Source: an uncultured Verrucomicrobiae bacterium
GTDB lineage: Bacteria; Verrucomicrobiota; Verrucomicrobiia; Limisphaerales; Palsa-1400
Reading direction: 5' to 3'
Assembly: GCA_963764165.1 (NCBI GenBank)
Contig: CAVXRD010000002.1
Span: 3,136,001-3,200,000, forward strand
DNA length: 64,000 bases
Positions 9,628 to 20,189 of the stretch are shown here, piece by piece. The notes beneath the pieces were generated by a model. That model did no database searches and was not told where the DNA came from. It was given only the letters and a program-made list of their open reading frames with translations. Both the position numbers and the translations under genes were made by a program. Position 1 is the stretch's first letter, and the number at the start of each line of letters is the position of its first letter.

Positions 9628-12585
9628 ATGCCCGAGCCATCTGAGCACGAAATCGAGGTGTTCAACGTTGCGCTGGAATTGCCAGCCGCAAAGCGGACTT
9701 CTTACCTCGACAAGGAATGCGCTGGCGACGCCGCGTTGCGACAGCGCGTGGAAGCATTGCTCAAGGCCAGCGAGGATTCTTACACCTGCCTCGAAGGCTC
9801 GGCTGCCATCCCATCCGGGAATTTCCGCCTCCCGCCCCTTCCCGCCGAAAAACCCGGTGATCGCATTGGCCGCTATAAACTTCTTCAACAAATTGGCGAA
9901 GGCGGCTGCGGCGTGGTTTACATGGCCGAGCAGGAGGAGCCTGTTCGCCGCCGCGTGGCGCTGAAAGTCATCAAGCTGGGGATGGACACCAAATCGGTCA
10001 TTGCGCGATTTGAAGCGGAGCGCCAGGCACTCGCGTTGATGGACCATCCGAATATCGCCAAGGTTCTCGACGCCGGCGCCACCGACACGGGCCGGCCCTA
10101 CTTCGTGATGGAATTGGTAAAGGCCATTCCCATCACACGGTACTGCGACGAGAACAACCTCAGCACCCCGGCGCGGCTGGGGTTGTTTCTTCAAATCTGC
10201 CAGGCGATTCAACATGCGCACCAAAAAGGAATCATTCATCGGGACATCAAGCCGTCAAACATCCTGGTTGCCGACCACGACGGCGTTCCGGTGCCCAAGA
10301 TCATAGACTTCGGCATTGCTAAGGCGACGACCGATCAGCGGCTGACAGACAAGACGGTGTTCACGGCGTTTGAGCAATTCATTGGCACGCCGGCTTATAT
10401 GAGTCCGGAGCAAGCCAAGCTTAGCGGGCTGGACATAGACACGCGCACCGACATTTATTCATTGGGAGTGCTGCTCTACGAATTGCTGACTGGCAAGACC
10501 CCGTTTGAATCCAGGCGCTTGATGGAAGCTGGCTTGGATGAAGTGCGCCGCATTATTCGGGAAGAGGAGCCGGCGCGGCCCTCAACCAAGCTGGAAACAC
10601 TGGAGGCAGCGGAACAAACAACCGTCGCCAGGCATCGCCAATCCGATCCTCCCAAGCTGGCGCATCTGATCCGAGGCGACTTGGATTGGATCGTGATGAA
10701 GGCGCTGGAAAAGGATCGGTCGCGGCGCTATGAAACCGCGAACGGTCTGGCGATGGATATTCAGCGGCACTTGGAAAACGAACCAATTCTGGCTCGGCCG
10801 CCCGGGACCGCCTACCGGCTGCAAAAATCATTTCGCCGACATAAGCTCGCCTTCACCACTTGCGCGATCGTGGGGGCGTCGCTGCTGCTGGGCGTCATCG
10901 GAAGCACTTGGCAGGCAGTGCGCGCGACCAAAGCGGAGAAGCTGGCCGAACATCGGCTTGGAGAAGCAGCCGCCGAGCGCGATGCAAAGGAAGAGGCGCG
11001 CAAGGAAGCCGAAGCCATTTCGACGTTCCTAACGCAAGTATTCACAAGTCCATCCCCATTTCGAGACGGTCGCACCATTACCGTGGCCGAAGGTCTTAGC
11101 AATGCGACGCAGAAGCTGGAAATCGACCTCGCAAACCAACCCGCGCGCCGGGCCAAGCTCCTATCGGCGGTTGGCGCAACTTATTATGGGCTCGGCCTAT
11201 TCTACGACGCCATCCCTCTGCAAGAGAAGGCTCGCGATTACTATCTGGCCACGATTGGACCGGAAAGCCGCGACACGCTCGTGGCGACGCGCAGGCTGGC
11301 GAATCTTTACGCAGAAGTCGGGCGCCTGGACGAAGCCATCAAGCTGCTTGAGCCGGTGGTCACACTCAGCCGCAAGGTGCTCGGCCCGGAAGACCCCGAG
11401 ACGATCAACGCGATTTCTACCCTGGCGGGCACCTACAATGTTGCCGGCCGGTGGGCCGATTCGCTCAAACTGCGTGAAGAGTCGCTGACGCTGAGCCGCA
11501 AGGTCAACGGTCCGGAAGACCCAATTACGATTCAGTTTATGGAAGAGCTGGCGATTTCCCACTTGCAACTGGGACATCTGCGCGAGTCGATCCCGCAGGG
11601 TGAGCAGGTCTTGGCCCTGAGCACTAGGGTTCTCGGCCCGGAACACCGCCAAACACTTCGCTGCATGTACAGTTTGGGGGCGTCCTACTACGCGGCTGGC
11701 CGCCGGGACGATGCCCTAAAGTTGTGGGAGAAAGCCCTGCCGCTCGACAGCAAGGTCAATGGCCCGGAACACCCCCTGACGCTTAAAGTAATGTCTCGCT
11801 TGGCAATAGCTTACAGTGAGACGGGCCGCTATGACGATGCTATAAACCTGAGCGAACAAGCCTTGGAGATTAACCGCAAACTCAACGGCCCTGCCCACCC
11901 CGACACGCTCGAAGCGATGCAAGTCTTGGCGATTTCCTATGACCATGCAGGCCGGCACGAGGAGGCGATCCATCTATTGGAAGCGGCACTGGAGCTTTCC
12001 AGCAAAAAATTTGGCGACGAGAATCCAATCACGCTCAGTAAGATGGGGACTTTGTCATTTGTGTTATTCGAGGCCGGTCGTCGGGACGAGGCGATCAAGC
12101 TGGGGGAGAAGGCCCTGGCGCTCAAAAGCAAGGTGCTCGGCCTGGACAACTATGAAACGATAGGCGCGATGGAGAACATGGCCGTTTTCTATGCAGCGGC
12201 TGGCCGGCAGAAGGAGTCCCTCACGCTTAAGGAGCAGGTGCTGGCGCACGATCGCAAGGCGCTCAGCTCGCAACACCCCATAACACTCCAGGCAATGAAC
12301 GATGTGGCATGGATACAGGCCACCAGCGATGCGGCAGAAATTCGGAACGGCACGAACGCCGTGCTTCTGGCCGAAGAGGCGGTCGCAGCCACCCATCGCA
12401 AGAACCCCGGTTTTCTCGACACCTTGGCCGCCTGCTATGCTGCGACGCAACAATTTGACAAGGCTGCAGCCGTGCAGTTGGAGGCCATGAGCCTGCTTCA
12501 AACCGAACAGGAAAAGAAGGATTTCAACTCGCGATTGAAGCTTTACCAGGCGCACAAGCCTTTTCAGAAGCCAGCAAACCCCTGA
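9628..12585 (+). CDS. Membrane Ser/Thr protein kinase with C-terminal TPR (kinesin-light-chain-like) repeats
   Basis: GEGGCG, VALK, HRDIKPSN, DFG, GTPAYMSPEQ; TM segment; ~42-aa repeats LGPEHP.TL. Confidence 0.95.
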   Translation: MPEPSEHEIEVFNVALELPAAKRTSYLDKECAGDAALRQRVEALLKASEDSYTCLEGSAAIPSGNFRLPPLPAEKPGDRIGRYKLLQQIGEGGCGVVYMAEQEEPVRRRVALKVIKLGMDTKSVIARFEAERQALALMDHPNIAKVLDAGATDTGRPYFVMELVKAIPITRYCDENNLSTPARLGLFLQICQAIQHAHQKGIIHRDIKPSNILVADHDGVPVPKIIDFGIAKATTDQRLTDKTVFTAFEQFIGTPAYMSPEQAKLSGLDIDTRTDIYSLGVLLYELLTGKTPFESRRLMEAGLDEVRRIIREEEPARPSTKLETLEAAEQTTVARHRQSDPPKLAHLIRGDLDWIVMKALEKDRSRRYETANGLAMDIQRHLENEPILARPPGTAYRLQKSFRRHKLAFTTCAIVGASLLLGVIGSTWQAVRATKAEKLAEHRLGEAAAERDAKEEARKEAEAISTFLTQVFTSPSPFRDGRTITVAEGLSNATQKLEIDLANQPARRAKLLSAVGATYYGLGLFYDAIPLQEKARDYYLATIGPESRDTLVATRRLANLYAEVGRLDEAIKLLEPVVTLSRKVLGPEDPETINAISTLAGTYNVAGRWADSLKLREESLTLSRKVNGPEDPITIQFMEELAISHLQLGHLRESIPQGEQVLALSTRVLGPEHRQTLRCMYSLGASYYAAGRRDDALKLWEKALPLDSKVNGPEHPLTLKVMSRLAIAYSETGRYDDAINLSEQALEINRKLNGPAHPDTLEAMQVLAISYDHAGRHEEAIHLLEAALELSSKKFGDENPITLSKMGTLSFVLFEAGRRDEAIKLGEKALALKSKVLGLDNYETIGAMENMAVFYAAAGRQKESLTLKEQVLAHDRKALSSQHPITLQAMNDVAWIQATSDAAEIRNGTNAVLLAEEAVAATHRKNPGFLDTLAACYAATQQFDKAAAVQLEAMSLLQTEQEKKDFNSRLKLYQAHKPFQKPANP

Positions 12586-12596
12586 CACCAGGGGAA

Positions 12597-12780
12597 GCCA
12601 CAGACGGACACAGATCAACACAGATTTTTGATTTATCTGCGTTGATCTGCGGCCATCTGTGGCCATTCCGATTCCCACGCCGGCAAGGGGCCGTTTAGCC
12701 GCAGATTGACGCAGATGAACGCAGATTTTCTGACGAAGCAGCCCTTTCTTCGTCTGTGTTGATCTGTGTCAATCTGTGGC
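12597..12780. repeat. Two adjacent inverted-pair elements of 10-bp-period (C/G)CAGAT triplets
   Basis: gccacagacggacacagatcaacacagat...atctgcgttgatctgcggccatctgtggc and gccgcagattgacgcagatgaacgcagat...tctgtgttgatctgtgtcaatctgtggc. Confidence 0.8.
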
Positions 12781-12906
12781 TTCAACTGGCTTATTCAGGT
12801 TCAGCCGTCGCTTCAAAATCAACTGTACCTTTGGCCCCGGAATTTCGCACTGGTTGGTGGTGAGCGCATCGGCTCACGCGCAAAAAATTCAGCCGAACTT
12901 TGCATT

Positions 12907-14766
12907 ATGATTGACATCAACTGTTCTCGAAACCTTGCTGTGCGTTCGCGTGCTGCCCGGTCCTCAGCCCTGCTCGTCCTGTCCGCGTTGCTGGCGCTGC
13001 CCGCTCTCGTGCAGGCGCAATTCACATGCACAACCAACAACGGGGCCATCACCATCACAGGCTATACCGGCGGCGGCGGCGCCGTGGCCATTCCTGCCAC
13101 CATCAACGGCTACCCCGTTACCGCCATCAGGTATGGGGCGCTTTCCGACCAAGGCAGCATCACCGGCGTAACAATTGGCGCCAATGTCACCAGCATCGGA
13201 CTTGAAGCGTTCGCTGACTGCTCCAGCCTGACCAACATCGCCGTGGCTGCGGCCAACCCGGCTTACAGCAGTCTCAACGGAGTTTTGTTCGACAAAGGTC
13301 GAGCCACACTCCTTCAATTTCCCGGAGGGCTTGGCGGCAGTTACGCCATACCCAGCGGCGTCACCAGCATTGGAGGGGCAGCGTTCGAATACTGCACCAT
13401 ACTGACCAGCGTCACAATTCCTGACAGCGTCACCAGCATCGAAACCAATGCGTTCCAATCCTGCGATGACCTGGCCAGCGTCACGATTGGAGACGGCGTC
13501 ACCAACATCGGAAATAGTGCTTTCTCCTTTTGCGGCAGGTTGGCGAGTTTGACGATTGGCACCAATGTCATCAGCATTGGCAGCAATGCGTTCGAGAGTA
13601 TCGGCGTGACCAGTGTGACGATTCCGAACAGCGTCACCAGCATCAGCCAAGCTGCGTTCTTTTACTGCTCCGACCTGGCCAGCGTCACGATTGGCGACAG
13701 CGTCACCAACATCGGAGAGGATGCCTTCGATTGGTGCACGAGTCTGACCAGCATCAGTGTGGCTGCGGCCAACCCGGCTTACAGCAGTCTGAACGGAGTT
13801 CTATTCGACAAAAGCCAAGCTACACTCCTTCAATTTCCAGGAGGACGGGGCGGAGGTTACGCCATTCCCAGCAGCGTCACCAGCATCGGGGAGGCTGCGT
13901 TTGGCTACTGCACCAACCTGACCAGCGTGACCATTCCCAATAGTATTACTAATATAGGAAGTTATGCCTTTGCCTACTGCTATAGCCTGACGAGCGCGAC
14001 CATCCCCGGCAGCATTACCAGCATTAGCGATTCTGCTTTCTTTGCTTGCTATGACTTGGCGAGCGTGACCATCCCCAATGGCGTCACCAGCATCGGGGAT
14101 TCTGCTTTTTTTCTCTGCAACCTGACAAGCGTGACTATCCCCAACAGCGTCACTAGCATCGGGGACTCTGCCTTTTCCGACTGCACCAGCCTGTCGAGCG
14201 TGACCATTCCTAACAGCGTCACCAGCATTGGTGGTGATGTGTTTTCCGGCTGCACCCGCCTGACAAGCGTGACCATTCCCAACAGCGTCACCAGCATCGG
14301 AGATGGCGCGTTCGATGGCTGTGGCTTGACGAGCGTGACCATCCCCAGCGGCGTCACCAGCATCGGGGATTCCGCGTTTTACAACTGCTACAGCCTGACG
14401 TCCGCCTATTTTCTGGGGAACGCGCCGCCCGATGTTGGAACCGCTTTCCTCTCTCGCCGCGGCACGGACCCTGCCATTGTCTACTACCTGCTTGGCACGA
14501 CCGGCTGGGGTTCAACTTTTGGCGGCGTCCCGGCGGTGTTGTGGAATCCGCAGGCTACTGCGCTTAGCTTCACCGGCAGTCACTTTGGATTCAACTTCAC
14601 CGGCCCCACCAACGCGGCCATCGTGGTGGAAGCCTGCACCAACCTTTCCCATCCCGTGTGGCTGCCCCTCAGCACCAACACCTTGTCCGCCAGCGGCACC
14701 TCCACTTTCACCGATTCATCATCCAGCGGTCAGCCGAGCCGTTTTTACCGTTTCAGCGCACCGTGA
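12907..14766 (+). CDS. Secreted BspA-type leucine-rich repeat (LRR_5) protein
   Basis: Signal peptide ending VQAQ; repeats [19 protein letters not shown]-terminal ..RFYR domain; start uncertain. Confidence 0.93.
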   Translation: MIDINCSRNLAVRSRAARSSALLVLSALLALPALVQAQFTCTTNNGAITITGYTGGGGAVAIPATINGYPVTAIRYGALSDQGSITGVTIGANVTSIGLEAFADCSSLTNIAVAAANPAYSSLNGVLFDKGRATLLQFPGGLGGSYAIPSGVTSIGGAAFEYCTILTSVTIPDSVTSIETNAFQSCDDLASVTIGDGVTNIGNSAFSFCGRLASLTIGTNVISIGSNAFESIGVTSVTIPNSVTSISQAAFFYCSDLASVTIGDSVTNIGEDAFDWCTSLTSISVAAANPAYSSLNGVLFDKSQATLLQFPGGRGGGYAIPSSVTSIGEAAFGYCTNLTSVTIPNSITNIGSYAFAYCYSLTSATIPGSITSISDSAFFACYDLASVTIPNGVTSIGDSAFFLCNLTSVTIPNSVTSIGDSAFSDCTSLSSVTIPNSVTSIGGDVFSGCTRLTSVTIPNSVTSIGDGAFDGCGLTSVTIPSGVTSIGDSAFYNCYSLTSAYFLGNAPPDVGTAFLSRRGTDPAIVYYLLGTTGWGSTFGGVPAVLWNPQATALSFTGSHFGFNFTGPTNAAIVVEACTNLSHPVWLPLSTNTLSASGTSTFTDSSSSGQPSRFYRFSAP

Positions 14767-14807
14767 CCCGCAATTCAAGAAAAGCAGAACCAAAGAAAAT
14801 TGACACT

Positions 14808-15902
14808 ATGAAAACAAGCATGCAGAAACTGGTAATCGCGCTGGCGTTGCTGGCGCTGCCCGCCCTCGCGCAGGCGCAATTCACCTGCACGACCAACGAC
14901 GGGACCATCACCATCACTGGCTATAGCGGCGGCGGGGGCGCGGTGGCCATACCCGCCACCATCAACAGCTACCCCGTGACCGCCATCGGGGATGGCGCGT
15001 TTTCCGACCAAGGCGGCGTCACCATCGTGACGATTGGCGCCAATGTTACCAGCATCGGACTTGAGGCGTTTGCTGCCTGCACCAGCCTGACCGAAATAAC
15101 CATTGCCGCAGCCAACCCGGCTTACAGCAGCCTGGGCGGCGTTTTGTTCGACAAGACGCGAGCGACCCTGCTGCAATTCCCCAGCGGTCTCGGAGGAGGT
15201 TACACCATCACAAACAGCGTCACCAGCATCGAGGATTATGCGTTTTACGACTGCGTCGGCCTGACGAAGGTGACCATCCCCGACAGCGTCACGAACATCG
15301 CGGATTCGGCGTTTGGTTATTGCCGCAGCCTGATGAGCGTGAGCGTCCCCAACAGCGTCACCAGCATCGGGGTGGGTGGGTTTGCCTTCTGCACCAGCCT
15401 GACGAGCACGACCATAGGCAACGGCGTCACCAGCATCGGAGAACAGGCGTTTTACGGCTGCACCAACCTGGCGAGCGTGACGATTCCCAGTAGCGTCACC
15501 AGCATCGGGGATGGTGCGTTTACCTTCTGCCCCAGCCTGACTTCTGCCTATTTTTTGGGGAACGCGCCGCCCGATAATGGATACGCTTTCTACGGTGAGA
15601 CCGCCACCGCCACAGTCTATTACCTGCCTGGCACAACCGGCTGGGGTTCGACGTTTGGCAGCGTCCCGGCGGTGTTGTGGAATCCGCAGGCCAATACGTT
15701 GAGGTTCACCCGCGGCCACTTCGGTTTCAACCTCACCGGACCTACCAACGCGGTCATCGTGATTGAAGCCTGCACCACCCTGGCCGATCCTGTCTGGCTG
15801 CCCGTTAGCACCAACACTTTGTCTAGCTTGGGAACGGCCACTTTCAGCGATTCCCAATCGGGCGGGTATCCGATTCGTTTCTACCGTTTCCGGTCGCCCT
15901 GA
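14808..15902 (+). CDS. Secreted BspA-type LRR_5 protein (paralog 2)
   Basis: [27 protein letters not shown]_5 repeats; ends RFYRFRSP. Confidence 0.93.
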   Translation: MKTSMQKLVIALALLALPALAQAQFTCTTNDGTITITGYSGGGGAVAIPATINSYPVTAIGDGAFSDQGGVTIVTIGANVTSIGLEAFAACTSLTEITIAAANPAYSSLGGVLFDKTRATLLQFPSGLGGGYTITNSVTSIEDYAFYDCVGLTKVTIPDSVTNIADSAFGYCRSLMSVSVPNSVTSIGVGGFAFCTSLTSTTIGNGVTSIGEQAFYGCTNLASVTIPSSVTSIGDGAFTFCPSLTSAYFLGNAPPDNGYAFYGETATATVYYLPGTTGWGSTFGSVPAVLWNPQANTLRFTRGHFGFNLTGPTNAVIVIEACTTLADPVWLPVSTNTLSSLGTATFSDSQSGGYPIRFYRFRSP

Positions 15903-15960
15903 CAGACATACGACAACCGACAACATTTTCACGAAATGGACTGAAACTTGGAAAAACTCT

Positions 15961-18867
15961 ATGAAAACAAGCATTAAAAATCTGTTGCTCTTGCTGTTAC
16001 TCTTGGGATTACCCGCCGTGGTGCAAGCCCAATTCGCTTCCAGCACAAATGCCGACGGCAGCAGCTACTATTACACCACAAACGACGACGGCAGCGCCAA
16101 CATCGAACTTTACGGATGGCCCCCTCCCCCAACCGATTGGCGTCCCGTTCTGACCATTCCAACCAGTATCAACGGCCTGACCGTCACCAGCATCGGGGCT
16201 TATGCGTTTGACCGTGCCCCCATAGGGAGCATCACGATCCCCAACAGCGTCACCAGCATCGGGGAATTTGCGTTTTCCGTCTGTAGCATATCGAGCGTGA
16301 CCATTCCCAACAGCGTCACCAACATCGGGGGTGGTGCGTTCCAAGAATGCACCAGTCTGACAAACATCACCATCCCGAACAGCGTCACCAGCATCGCAGG
16401 TTTGTTTGCATACTGCACCAGCCTGGCCAGCGTGACCATTCCCGACAGCGTCACCAACGTGGATGGGTTTTACGAATGCACCAGCTTGACGAGCGTGACC
16501 CTCCCTAACAGCGTCACCAGCATCGGGGACGGTGCGTTCGATGACTGCACCAGCCTGACCAACGTCACCATCGGCAACCGCGTCACCAGCATCGGGATTA
16601 ATGCGTTTAGCGAGTGCGCCAGCCTGACCAACGTCAACATTCCCGACAGCGTCACCAGCATCGGAGATGGTGCGTTCGGCGGCTGTGGCCTGAAGAGCGT
16701 GACCATCCCAAACAGTGTCACCAGCATCGGGGAAGATGCGTTCGAGGCCTGCTTCAGCCTGAGGAGCGTGACCATTCTCAATGGTGTCACCAGCATCGGG
16801 GTTAGTGTGTTTGAAATCTGCGGCAGCCTGACGAATGTGACCATCCCCAGCAGCGTCACCAGCATCGGGAATGGTGCGTTTTACGGCTGTGGCCTGACGA
16901 GCGTGACCATCCCCAACAGCGTCACCAGCATTGGGGATGCTGCGTTTGAATACTGTTCCAGCCTGACGAGCGTGACCATCCCCTACAGCGTCACCAGCAT
17001 CGGGGTTGGTGTGTTTGACAACTGCCAAAGCCTGAGGAGCGTGACCATTCCCAACGGCGTTACCAGCATCGGGGATTATGCGTTTGGGGCCTGCTACAGC
17101 CTGGGGAACATGACCATCCCCAACAGCGTCACCAACATCGGGACTAACGCGTTTTACAACTGCACCAGCCTAACGAGCGTGACCATCCCCAACAGCGTCA
17201 CCAGCATTGGGGCCTATGCGTTCTTTGATGATTACGGACTGACCAGCGTCACGATTCCCGGCAGCGTCACTAGCATTGGGGATTATGCGTTTGCCGGCTG
17301 CGCCAGCCTGAGGTCCGCCTATTTTCTGGGGAACGCGCCGCTCGATGATGGAACCATTTTCGCCGGCTATCCGGCAGATGGCCTTGCCACTGTCTATTAC
17401 CTGGCTGGCACCACGGGCTGGGGCGCGAGGTTTGACGGGCTTCCGGCCGCATTGTTCAGCACGAATGCCGACGGCAGTATCTACGGTTACAGCACCAACG
17501 CCGATGGTAGTGCCAACATCATCTCTTACTCCGGGCCTCCCTGGGTTGTGACCATTCCAACCAACATCCACGGACTGACGGTCACGAGCATCGGGGACGA
17601 TGCGTTCTCTAACTGCACCAGCCTAGGAAGCGTGACGATTCCCGGCAGTGTCACCAGCATCGGAGAGAATGCGTTCTATCGGTGCAGGAGCCTGACCAGC
17701 GTCACAATCGGCAACGGCCTCATCAGCATCGGGGAGGAGGCGTTCGAGGGGTGCTGGAATCTGACCAGCGTAACGCTTCCTGGCAGCCTCACCAACATCG
17801 GTGCGGAGGCGTTCGAGGAGACCGCCCTGGCCAGCGTCTCGATTCCCGGCAGCGTCACTAACATCGGGGCAGGTGCGTTCAATTATTGCACCAGCCTGAC
17901 CAATGCCACAATTGACAATGGCGTCGCTAACATCGGGGCAAGTGCATTCAATTATTGCACCAGCCTGACCAGCATCACGATTCCCGATAGCGTCACCAGC
18001 ATCGGGCATGGGGCGTTTTACGATTGCACCGCCCTGACGAACATCACGGTGGATGCGTCCAATCCGGCCTACAGCAGTATGAACGGAGTTTTGTTTGACA
18101 AAAGCCAAACTATGCTTATTCAATATCCGGACGGCTTAGGTGGAAGTTACACGATTTCAAACAGCGTCACCAGCATCGGGTATGATGCGTTCGAGGGCTG
18201 TTACAGCCTGACCAGCGTGACGATTCCGGACAGCGTCACCAACATCGGGGATTATGCGTTTTACTACTGCATCAGTCTGAGGGGCGTGAGCATCCCCAAC
18301 GGCGTCGCCAGCATCGGGTATCAGGTGTTTTCCGGTTGCACCAGCCTGACGAGCGTGACCATTCCCAACAGCGTCACCAGCATCGGGTATGGTGCGTTCT
18401 GGCTCTGCACCGGCCTTGCCAACATCACGATTCCCGACAGCGTCACCAGCATCGGGGGCTATGCGTTCCTTGATTGTTACAGCCTGACCAAGGTCAATTT
18501 CACGGGCAACGCTCCGTCCACAACCAATGATTCAACTGTTTTCTCTGGCGACTTCGCGACGGTCTATTACTTGCCGGGCACCACGGGCTGGGGCGCGATA
18601 TTTGACGGTCTTCCAACCGCGCCATGGTTCCTTCCGAACCCGCAAATCCTTAACCACAGCGCCGGCGTCGGCGTGCAACCCGGCGGGTTTGGTTTCACCA
18701 TCTCCTGGGCAACGAACGCTTCCGTCGTGGTGGAATCCGCCACGAATCTGGCCAATCCTATCTGGATTCAGGCGAGCACCAACACCCTGACCGGCGGCAC
18801 AAGCTATTTCAGCGATCCGCAGTGGACGAATTATCCCAGTCGCTTCTACCGGCTCCAAATGCCGTGA
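15961..18867 (+). CDS. Secreted BspA-type LRR_5 protein (paralog 3, two tandem LRR modules)
   Basis: MKTSIKNLLLLLLLLGLPAVVQAQ; N-cap STNADGS.Y.Y.TN.DGSANI present twice; ends RFYRLQMP. Confidence 0.93.
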   Translation: MKTSIKNLLLLLLLLGLPAVVQAQFASSTNADGSSYYYTTNDDGSANIELYGWPPPPTDWRPVLTIPTSINGLTVTSIGAYAFDRAPIGSITIPNSVTSIGEFAFSVCSISSVTIPNSVTNIGGGAFQECTSLTNITIPNSVTSIAGLFAYCTSLASVTIPDSVTNVDGFYECTSLTSVTLPNSVTSIGDGAFDDCTSLTNVTIGNRVTSIGINAFSECASLTNVNIPDSVTSIGDGAFGGCGLKSVTIPNSVTSIGEDAFEACFSLRSVTILNGVTSIGVSVFEICGSLTNVTIPSSVTSIGNGAFYGCGLTSVTIPNSVTSIGDAAFEYCSSLTSVTIPYSVTSIGVGVFDNCQSLRSVTIPNGVTSIGDYAFGACYSLGNMTIPNSVTNIGTNAFYNCTSLTSVTIPNSVTSIGAYAFFDDYGLTSVTIPGSVTSIGDYAFAGCASLRSAYFLGNAPLDDGTIFAGYPADGLATVYYLAGTTGWGARFDGLPAALFSTNADGSIYGYSTNADGSANIISYSGPPWVVTIPTNIHGLTVTSIGDDAFSNCTSLGSVTIPGSVTSIGENAFYRCRSLTSVTIGNGLISIGEEAFEGCWNLTSVTLPGSLTNIGAEAFEETALASVSIPGSVTNIGAGAFNYCTSLTNATIDNGVANIGASAFNYCTSLTSITIPDSVTSIGHGAFYDCTALTNITVDASNPAYSSMNGVLFDKSQTMLIQYPDGLGGSYTISNSVTSIGYDAFEGCYSLTSVTIPDSVTNIGDYAFYYCISLRGVSIPNGVASIGYQVFSGCTSLTSVTIPNSVTSIGYGAFWLCTGLANITIPDSVTSIGGYAFLDCYSLTKVNFTGNAPSTTNDSTVFSGDFATVYYLPGTTGWGAIFDGLPTAPWFLPNPQILNHSAGVGVQPGGFGFTISWATNASVVVESATNLANPIWIQASTNTLTGGTSYFSDPQWTNYPSRFYRLQMP

Positions 18868-18921
18868 CCAAATCTAAAGAACTTGGCCCTTTCTCGGATT
18901 GTCATTCCCGCACGAAGTCTG

Positions 18922-19070
18922 GATTGGCCGCAGATTCACGCAGGTCAGGGCAGATTTTCTGGGAAGCAATGCCTTTAAAAATCAACGCAGCTCGACTGTG
19001 CCACACATGACTGAATTTGTTCCCGGCCTTCTTCCTGTCCGCGTTGATCTGCGACCATCTGGGGCCAATC
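18922..19070. repeat. Degenerate CAGAT-triplet inverted-pair element
   Basis: gattggccgcagattcacgcaggtcagggcagat ... gtccgcgttgatctgcgaccatctggggccaatc. Confidence 0.65.
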
Positions 19071-19111
19071 AGGTTTCTGGCGGAGCTGGAGAACCGAGCC
19101 ATCTGCTGAAA

Positions 19112-19200
19112 TGTTGCCGGTTTGTTGCCACCTTGTTGCCATTTTTGTTGCCACTTAAATGTTTCGCAATCAACAGGGTAACGGATGTTGCCACTTTTTG
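19112..19200 (+). repeat. Iteron-like direct-repeat array (TGTTGCC x5)
   Basis: Copies at 19112, 19123, 19134, 19146, 19186. Confidence 0.75.
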
Positions 19201-19363
19201 GAGATTATATAATGATTAACACCGAGACGAGGGTTTGGCTCCCTTTGCCCGCTCCCTCGAACGACCACAGGGCGAATCCTCGTAGCGGCGAGGAGACGAG
19301 CTTTCAGATCCCTAACGATCATCGGTCTGGCGCAACGCCGGAGGATGTGGTAATCGTTGGCCG

Positions 19364-19927
19364 TTGAGCGACGTTACCCGCATTCTCGAGTCCATCGAAC
19401 ATGGCGATCCAAAGGCCGCCGATAAATTGCTTCCGTTGGTCTATGAGGAGTTGCGCAAGTTGGCGGCGGCGCGCATGGCGAACGAATCGCCCAACCAGAC
19501 GTTGCAGCCCACCGCGCTCGTGCATGAAGCCTGGCTGCGGTTGGTGGGCGACGCGAACCCCAACTTCTCCGGACGGGCTCATTTCTTCGGCGCCGCCGCC
19601 GAGGCCATGCGGCGCATTCTCATTGAAAAGGCCCGCCGCAAGCGCGCCCATCGGCACGGAGGAAACCACCAACGCGTGGATCTTGAATGTATTGAAATTG
19701 TGGGCCCCGGCGACGACGACCAACTCCTCGCCGTGAACGAGGCCCTCGACAAGCTCGCCGCCATCCACGCCGTCCAAGCCGAGGTTGTGAAGCTGCGCTG
19801 TTTTGTCGGCATGACCAATGTTGAAGCGGCCCAAGCCTTGGGCCTTTCGGAGCGCACCGCCAAGTATTACTGGACTCACGCCCGCGCCTGGCTCATCCAC
19901 GAAATCAACGCCGCCCGAGCTGCCTGA
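19364..19927 (+). CDS. ECF sigma factor, TIGR02999/ECF43-like
   Basis: LLPLVYEELRKLAA..M..E.P.QTLQPTALVHEAWLRL; AAAEAMRRILIE.ARRK; C-terminal HTH; TTG start. Confidence 0.93.
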   Translation: MSDVTRILESIEHGDPKAADKLLPLVYEELRKLAAARMANESPNQTLQPTALVHEAWLRLVGDANPNFSGRAHFFGAAAEAMRRILIEKARRKRAHRHGGNHQRVDLECIEIVGPGDDDQLLAVNEALDKLAAIHAVQAEVVKLRCFVGMTNVEAAQALGLSERTAKYYWTHARAWLIHEINAARAA

Positions 19928-20189
19928 TGATTTTTCCCTGTTGTCGGATCGACCCATCGCCGACTCCGCAACGCACATCCCATTGGACAACCACCACCCT
20001 CAAATCGGGCGGATTTGGCCAATATCACTGGCACGCAGGCTGGTTTTTGAAATGTGCACACCTTAAAGCCAAAAAACTGTCAAAAATAATTGCCTGAGTG
20101 CAGAAAAAGTGTACAGTCTGCCGCTATCTCACCTGTGTGCCAAAGTGGTACATGGGTGGTGAATCGCAAACCGAAATACCGCAAGAGCC

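Noticed and set aside
12766..12906. Upstream extensions of the LRR ORFs (also 14658 and 15763 starts)
   Set aside because: They overlap repeats or the previous gene; signal peptides begin at or after the downstream ATGs
13000..18500. Regular ~66-69-bp repeats as a possible CRISPR array or DGR template/variable pair
   Set aside because: They are in-frame LRR coding repeats; no unique spacers, cas genes or reverse transcriptase in the window
18884..18915. TGGCCC...CGCACG as a further ECF promoter
   Set aside because: Spacer is 19 nt rather than 16-17 and it is followed by repeats rather than a gene; left out of the motif set
20028..20045. TGGCAC-N5-CTGG as a sigma-54 promoter for the Calx-beta gene
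   Set aside because: The -12 element lacks the conserved GC
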